Shown: positions 57,770-64,000 of the stretch, piece by piece
How the letters are laid out: every line of letters begins with the position of its first letter
Numbering within the stretch: the stretch's first letter is position 1
Translations under genes and position numbers: made by a program
Source: Tubiluchus corallicola
Lineage: Eukaryota > Animalia > Priapulida
Direction: 5' to 3'
Assembly (NCBI GenBank): GCA_030141605.1
Contig: JAQGDQ010000003.1
Location: 2,480,001-2,544,000 of the forward strand
DNA length: 64,000 nt
The notes under the pieces: generated by a model
What the model was told of the DNA's origin: nothing
Seen by the model: the letters and a program-made list of their open reading frames with translations, nothing else
Databases searched by the model: none

Positions 57770-60700
57770 TTACAGTAAGTTAGTTTTACGTAAGTTGATA
57801 TCTACAATGATCTGCATGACATCAACCATGACATCTTTCATCAAATTCATGTCTGTAGCACAAGTCACGTGAGGGTACAACATCATTTTCTCTGGCTTCA
57901 ATTTAGAAAATTCCGTCTGCAAGAATTTCGTTACAGCTTCTGGACTTTCCTCTGCTGTAAATATAGAACCATTCATGGTCGAAGTTATAATATCTTTTAC
58001 TGAATGAATGGCCAACTGTGAAACAATGACAAATAATTATTATAAATTAAGTTAGTGGATTTGTTTAATTGATATCTTTATGACCATTTACCTGAGAAGC
58101 CTGGAACTACTTTGCTGAAATGGTGGGTTTTCAACTTTTCCACAACCACGTCTTTCTTGTTGAGGAATAAAATGAAGTCTCTCTTTCGCAAAAACTCGTT
58201 ATGAGATACTTCATGAAATAGATGCATGGTATCAATCAGAGCATTCTGTATGAAAAATAGGAAATTTATACTATAGTTGTTTTCTAGCAGAAAATATTAT
58301 AAAAAAAACAAGAGAACACACATACCCCTCCAAAAGAAAACACGGAAGGACAAAATAGAATACCACTACAAACGTGTAAAATTTGGCAAGACTTGTGGAC
58401 TTCTCTGCAATATGACATAAAATTTTACACTAAATTTGTTATTAATGTTGTAGTCATATTCACCTGTTAGCATTGTGTAATAAATAAAATTCCACAGAAT
58501 TCAGCCTAACAGCTTTTGCCAATTTCTAAATCCAGACTAAATTGAATTTACATAGTGCATCACAGTGTGTTTTTGTCTACTTCCTGTTTTTGCAACTACT
58601 TGTTTAGAATTAATGTAACAATGGTATGCACATTTTTTTACCATCTACTTTCAACCACTTTAGCATCTGTTGTTCAAAAATCAGAAATTCAGAATGTGTG
58701 TGCAGACTGCAGAAATTGGGAATATGTTTGTCGTTACTGCTCCAGAAAACGAAGGGATTCGCTTGTCAAAAACATTAGTCTGGCAGCACACTTTACGGTC
58801 CATTCATGCAGTTGCATTCCAGTATATCAAACTTCATTTTGTTCATGTATTGCATTTTTAGTTTTATTGGTTGGCGGCACTAAAATAACTTTTAGTTATG
58901 CCTGGTAAATTGGTATTTCCGCTACAATTTTGTTCTTAATCATCTTTTATATTTTGTACCCATAAAGGTACTTTTTGAGCACTACCATGGGAATCGTCAG
59001 TCACTGGCGTTCTTATTAAAAAGGTCGTTGGACAGAAAATAAAACTGACTCACCGTTGAAGGTTCTTCTTCTAAAGATTCACAATAACTACTTAATGAAG
59101 CAAAAAATATGACGGCAGTTACTCCATCAAAAAAGTGTATCCATTTCTTTCGCTGACTTTTTTGTCCAGCTACATCTATCACTCTGAAATGGAGAAACAT
59201 GTAATAAAAAATATTACGGTGTTAATGCATCAATAACTGAAATGAGATGAGTGATAAAACTTCGTGTCACAAGAGTTGAGCTCTTGTCTGACAAGCTCAA
59301 TGATCTGATCATCTACACAAAAAAAGTTCTCATGATTCTAACTGAGTGAGAAAAATTGAACAATGACAAAAGTTGGGCAACACTGATAAAATTAATTATT
59401 AATGTCTTTTGTTGGTTGATGAAAGCTGGTAGTCAAAAGTCAATAATGTGTCAGCACCCTTAATCAGTAACTCGTTATATTGTATTAATTTTGTGGATTT
59501 GTATATTTTTCACAAGTGATTTTCTTGGCCATGTTGGCACCATTTTAGATCAGTGAGATAATAATGATTCGTATATCAGTTTCTCATCATGTCTTCAAGG
59601 GAAAAATGGGGAAGAAAACTGACTTTTCACAAAAATTGTGTTTGTTATGCACAAAAATGAAACGGTTTTGGCTGGCATGCTACATGTTGCTCAAAAGCTT
59701 ATTCTGAGTAGGGCGATATCATAGTTTGTTTTCAGGAAGGCCCATTCTTGCATTCGTCTTGTTATAATAGGGACTGGTTTTGAACAATTTCATCTTTGAA
59801 CAAAATATGCTTTTGTGGGCATTCCTAGTTAATCATTACATTGACAAAGTCATCTTTTGAAAGTAACAATGTCTTACCTATAATCCAATCCACTTGCTCT
59901 AAACTTGTATTCTACTACACCGAGGGTCGGCCTTCGTATGTATAATACATCTTGTAGAGTTGGAACGTATGCAGGGTTTGATATTCGCTCCAGCTCTTCC
60001 AAAAAACTACAAAAAAAATTCTTGTTTTAGGAAAATTTATGGCTAACAAAGATGTTACTAAATTTTTATTTAAATGGAGTAATCGCTATATAATGTTCTT
60101 CGTATCCTTTACATTGGGCCAAAGACCAAATATTGTTGTGTACCGCAAAACAGGAACCAAGTCCCACGTGTACTTACACTGCACAAGGACAAGGTCATTA
60201 ATGAGAACTTATACATATTTAACTTTTAAAAATCAAAATGTGTATTCCCTGCTTGCCATTATTTTTAATGCGTATATTTGCTTGACACAGGGATCTGATT
60301 TAGACCTTGGGGGCCCGGGGCACTTCAAATTCAGTCTAAAAATTAAATTACATGGCAAATAAAAATCTACTAAAATAAGTGAAAACTGCTTTTTTCGAAA
60401 AAAAATATGTTAGCTGCCGACGAAAGCTGCTAAGCTTTTCTTTTTTTTATTGTTGTGTAAGATATTATTGTATTCACACTACATAAAAGCAGAGCCTAAG
60501 AATAATAAAGATTAGTTTCTCAGTCTTTATTTACGAACAACGACAAAAGTTTAAAAAGAATCTCACTCAGTACAATGCATAACAATATGCTAGAGCAAAT
60601 CTAAAACAGGTTCCTGGCAAGTAAGTTTTTGAAGTCATTAGTATGGGATAAGTAAATTTCTTGCATAATCTTTCCAGCTTCCAGCAAATCACCAAATTTA

Positions 60701-63558
60701 CAATTTTAATCACACATTACAGTATCTCAAAAAACTTGGGCACCCTAAATAATAAATTAAGTGTTTTGTATTTTTTAAACGAAACAAATATTTAATAAAA
60801 TCCTTGTGATAAACAAAGCCAAAAAATAAAATTATTAATTAATCATGCCACTGCCTATCGTAGATATTGTCCTTTAATTGTATAAATCCAATTAAAATAT
60901 TTCAATATTTATTTAAAAAACTAATACTGATGGAAATCATTGGAATTGGCAAGTCTTACATCACATTTATGCGTTACACTACAAGAAGTATTTCTTTCTG
61001 CACTTGGCATCTGCAAAATCGGCATTCAGCTTCGGCAGAAACGAAACAATAATCATGCTTCGTGTATGTTAATCTGTACATAATTACATAGGTGTTAATT
61101 AATGGCTGTTGCTTTCCCTACATTTTTTGCATCATCGTAGTATAAGAGAACCATTGATGATTGTAATTTCTAAATTAACTGTTTACTATTTTCCTGTTAC
61201 AAATTTATCAAGTTATTCAAAGGTGGGTGACCACCTTGAAATGGATAGGGTACCCTACCTTTTGTTTCTAATTCTTTTTAATAATAAAACCAACTTTATA
61301 ATTACATGTATTACATTTTTTATAAAGTAAGTCCTTATTTAGTCTGGGGCCCCCTCTGACAATTGTATACATGCCCCCTCTATGAATCTGGCCCTGGCTT
61401 GACATCTGCCACAGGTACAGACGGATTATAAAATCAGACCATATTTGACATACATCAGATATTATTTTTATATTTCTTTCATAGCTAAAACACAGACTGA
61501 AAATGTTGTTTACATTACGTACAGGTATCAAGTCCATTAATTGCTTAGTATAAACAACCAAACTATGCCAAGTTTGCTCCAGTCTGAACTAGGTTTGCTA
61601 GTGTGTTGGATATTACATTTTCTTAAAATATTCAAAGCTTATTCTTTTTGTTAAATTTGAATATTGGTTAATCAAATGTTGAGTTTAGAAATTGCACTCT
61701 TGTTCAAAAAATAGTAGTGGCAAACAAGCCTTTTGACAAAGAATTCAAATTGAATATTGCCATTTTAAATAACTTTGCACATACTAGTAATCGGATTTAG
61801 TTAATTCTGTCTCTTTTTGGAAACACGTCTGTATTGCGGAATCTTGCCAGAGCGTCATCACCGTTTTCATGTTTATCGCAGCTAGGGAGAAATTCTGAAA
61901 AAGAAGATTGCACTGAGCATTTAAAATGGGTGATAAAATAGAATTTCACATAGAAAATGGATGGAAGGCAATAATACACCCATCCGTTTTACAAAACAGC
62001 TGAGAACAATAAAAGTTCTAAGTATACTACCAGGAGTGAATTCTGTAAATTCAGTCACTTGTGCTGTTATTCTTCTTGAACGAAATGAAGTTGTGATTAA
62101 CAGGAAAATAATTTTATGGTAAAAAATTTCTCAGATAAATGGCCCGAGAGAAGAATTGTTTTGTAATGATATACGAATACCCAGGCCAAAAAGGGCAAAT
62201 ATGTAGGAAGTATTCCGAGAAGACAGCAAACTGTTCAAAGTTTTCCACTTGTACTTATGGAAAATCTCCTTTATAAGAGTAGAGATGAGGTGTACACCTC
62301 GTCAGAGTAAGAAATCACGCTAGTAAATTAGCTCCAAATCAGATATGATTGGACTGACCATGTGATATTTTACATTCTATCCAGTGGGTTAAGTTAACAG
62401 TAAATTAGAATATTGAAGCTTTAGTCTAGATGCAGCTGAAATACTGTTGAAATGAGCAAGGTCGAACATTCATTTTGAAAAGAATGAGTATAGCATCAGT
62501 AATTAGATTTTTTACTATGTTACTAGTGTGTTATCTTTTCTGATATGTTCTTAGCCACTTTTTACAATTGAGAATCCCTCTTCTCCCACCACTCATCAAG
62601 TCAAGGCTGAGCAAAGGAACACAAGATTGATCAAAAACAAATGGAAAACCATTACGTATAGGAACTAGGCAACACTACTGTGATGTCAACAAGAATGTTA
62701 CGTTCTCGGTTTTCTTTGAGTAGAGGTGACAAGCTAGTCTTAACCCAAGTTCAAAGCCAACATCTTTTTTAACAGGAACTGTCCAGTGGGACATTATGGC
62801 AAGTACTATATGGAATAGTATCATCGGCATATTATGGGCTGAGACAGTATAAAGTCAAATAGGCCACTGAGGAACAGTGGAAACAGAGGATAGGGGCTAT
62901 TACAGAACCCTGAGGAATACCACCATTGATTTCATGAAAAATAAAAAACTGCCTTTTATGAAAAACTTGTAATACCTGTGTCTGTTGAGATATGATGATA
63001 TAGTAGTATCCGCCTATGTGCAACATGATTAAACAAATGTGTAGTATCTGTAACATTGTATATGTTAATAGCCTCAAAAGCTATTTACTGGGCCTCACTA
63101 AAGCACCCTAAAGCACAGTTAGTATTCTTCATAATTAATGAGAGCACTGGGTAATTGGAAAACTGGCATCCATAATTGGCTAATAGGGCCATAGATCGAC
63201 ACCAGTGCCACGTTGAGTAGCAAATCATGTACATTCTATAACTTTTTAAGGCATTAGAAAATACAAATATTTTAATTCTTGAAATTAGGAAGAAGGTAAG
63301 CTTTTCTCATCCAGAGACTCACTTTTACTACTGATTTTACAAATTACTTTCCATGAGAATTGAAAGCACGAGCTGGTAATGTACAGATTGATTTACCTCC
63401 ATCTGAACGCTGACAGCATGTATTGGATTAGTTGTGGTTGTTGGGTTAGTAGAATTTTTCATGTTGGATTCTTCTTTCCCATTCTCCCCTGACAAGCTCG
63501 ATGCAGTCTGCATTCGTTTTCTTCTTCGAACTTCATGAACTAAATCGTCTGCTGATTT
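57770..63558 (-). CDS. Divergent heterotrimeric G-protein alpha subunit (5' exons outside the window)
   Basis: Exons 63558-63397 (KSADDLVHEV + insertion), 61894-61785 (LWQDSAIQTCF), 60006-59878 (YVPTLQDVLYIRRPTLGVVEY), 59183-59054 (DVAGQKSQRKKWIHFFDGVTAVIF), 58245-58092 (FILFLNKKD), 57954-57770 (HVTCATD...LRKTNLL*). Exon sizes 129/130/154 equal the conserved Gi/Gq gene structure. Total 870 nt in frame. Confidence 0.93.
60288..61396. mobile_element. hAT-superfamily non-autonomous element in a G-alpha intron
   Basis: CAGGG...CCCTG termini, GGGCCC subterminal motifs, and a perfect 8-bp TSD GCTTGACA (60280-60287, 61397-61404). Confidence 0.85.
62700..63100 (-). pseudogene. Decayed non-LTR retrotransposon (CR1/L2-like) reverse transcriptase fragment
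   Basis: GIPQGSVIAPIL (GVPQGSVLGPLL-type motif) followed, after a frameshift, by TAT GCC GAT GAT ACT (YADDT) near 62818-62832. Confidence 0.75.
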
Positions 63559-64000
63559 CTGAATAACAAAACAAATTCAAATTACACTCACGTTTTAACT
63601 ATTTATAGATAACAAATCATTTCAGCATCAATGGACCAATATACGAAAAACGCTTGTAACATAACTGTCAAGTTAGTTGCTATATAAAGAAGGAATACAT
63701 TTCTCTTGAGTGGTTTCTGCACTATTTGCTTGGCCAATTTGACAAATTAGCAATGAGTCATCAATTCGTGGCAGTACAGCATTGTTGCTCAACATTCTAA
63801 TAATGTATTAATTCCCAAACAGGTTTGCCACAGAGTTGAACTTCAGTTCTTAAGAGATGGATTAATAAAATGTTGGAAATTTTTCTCAATTTTTTTCAAG
63901 TGTATTAATTAATAAGAAGGATGAGTACACAATTATAATTTTCTTGAAATCAAACTGAAAGAAAAAACTGAAACTAGATTTGAATCTGGATTTGTGTAAG

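Noticed and set aside
57955-58015. ORF-track extension MAIHSVKDIITSTMNGSIFT of the last G-alpha exon
   Set aside because: The upstream exon ends in phase 1, so the acceptor at 58016-58018 would shift the frame; 57954 restores it.
61797-61979. 60-aa ORF in the track
   Set aside because: Wrong frame; the real exon (61894-61785) reads LWQDSAIQTCF in another frame.

Overview
AT-rich, intron-containing genomic DNA from an invertebrate animal. The phylum cannot be fixed from sequence alone; a protostome-type NSUN4 insert and a bilaterian-type CTCF motif are only suggestive. Most ORFs in the supplied track are noise, so genes were rebuilt by hand from GT-AG sites and phase continuity. The window holds a possible last exon of an amidated-neuropeptide precursor (165-262), then ~29 kb of non-coding DNA with microsatellites and MITEs, then four spliced genes: Ashwin/C2orf49 (minus, 29316-34151), NSUN4 head-to-head with it (plus, 34586-41553), an MPPE1/Cdc1-family metallophosphoesterase (plus, 46294-55715), and the 3' part of a divergent G-protein alpha subunit (minus, 57770-63558, continuing beyond the window). 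Main findings: (1) Ashwin exon 2 is tandemly duplicated with a 39-nt gap, the architecture of mutually exclusive exons. (2) The G-alpha has Ras-like switch substitutions (RRPT, DVAGQ), an altered switch III/alpha3 and a ~40-aa helical-domain insertion split by an extra intron. (3) A decayed DNA transposon carries a near-consensus CTCF site between NSUN4 and the phosphoesterase gene.
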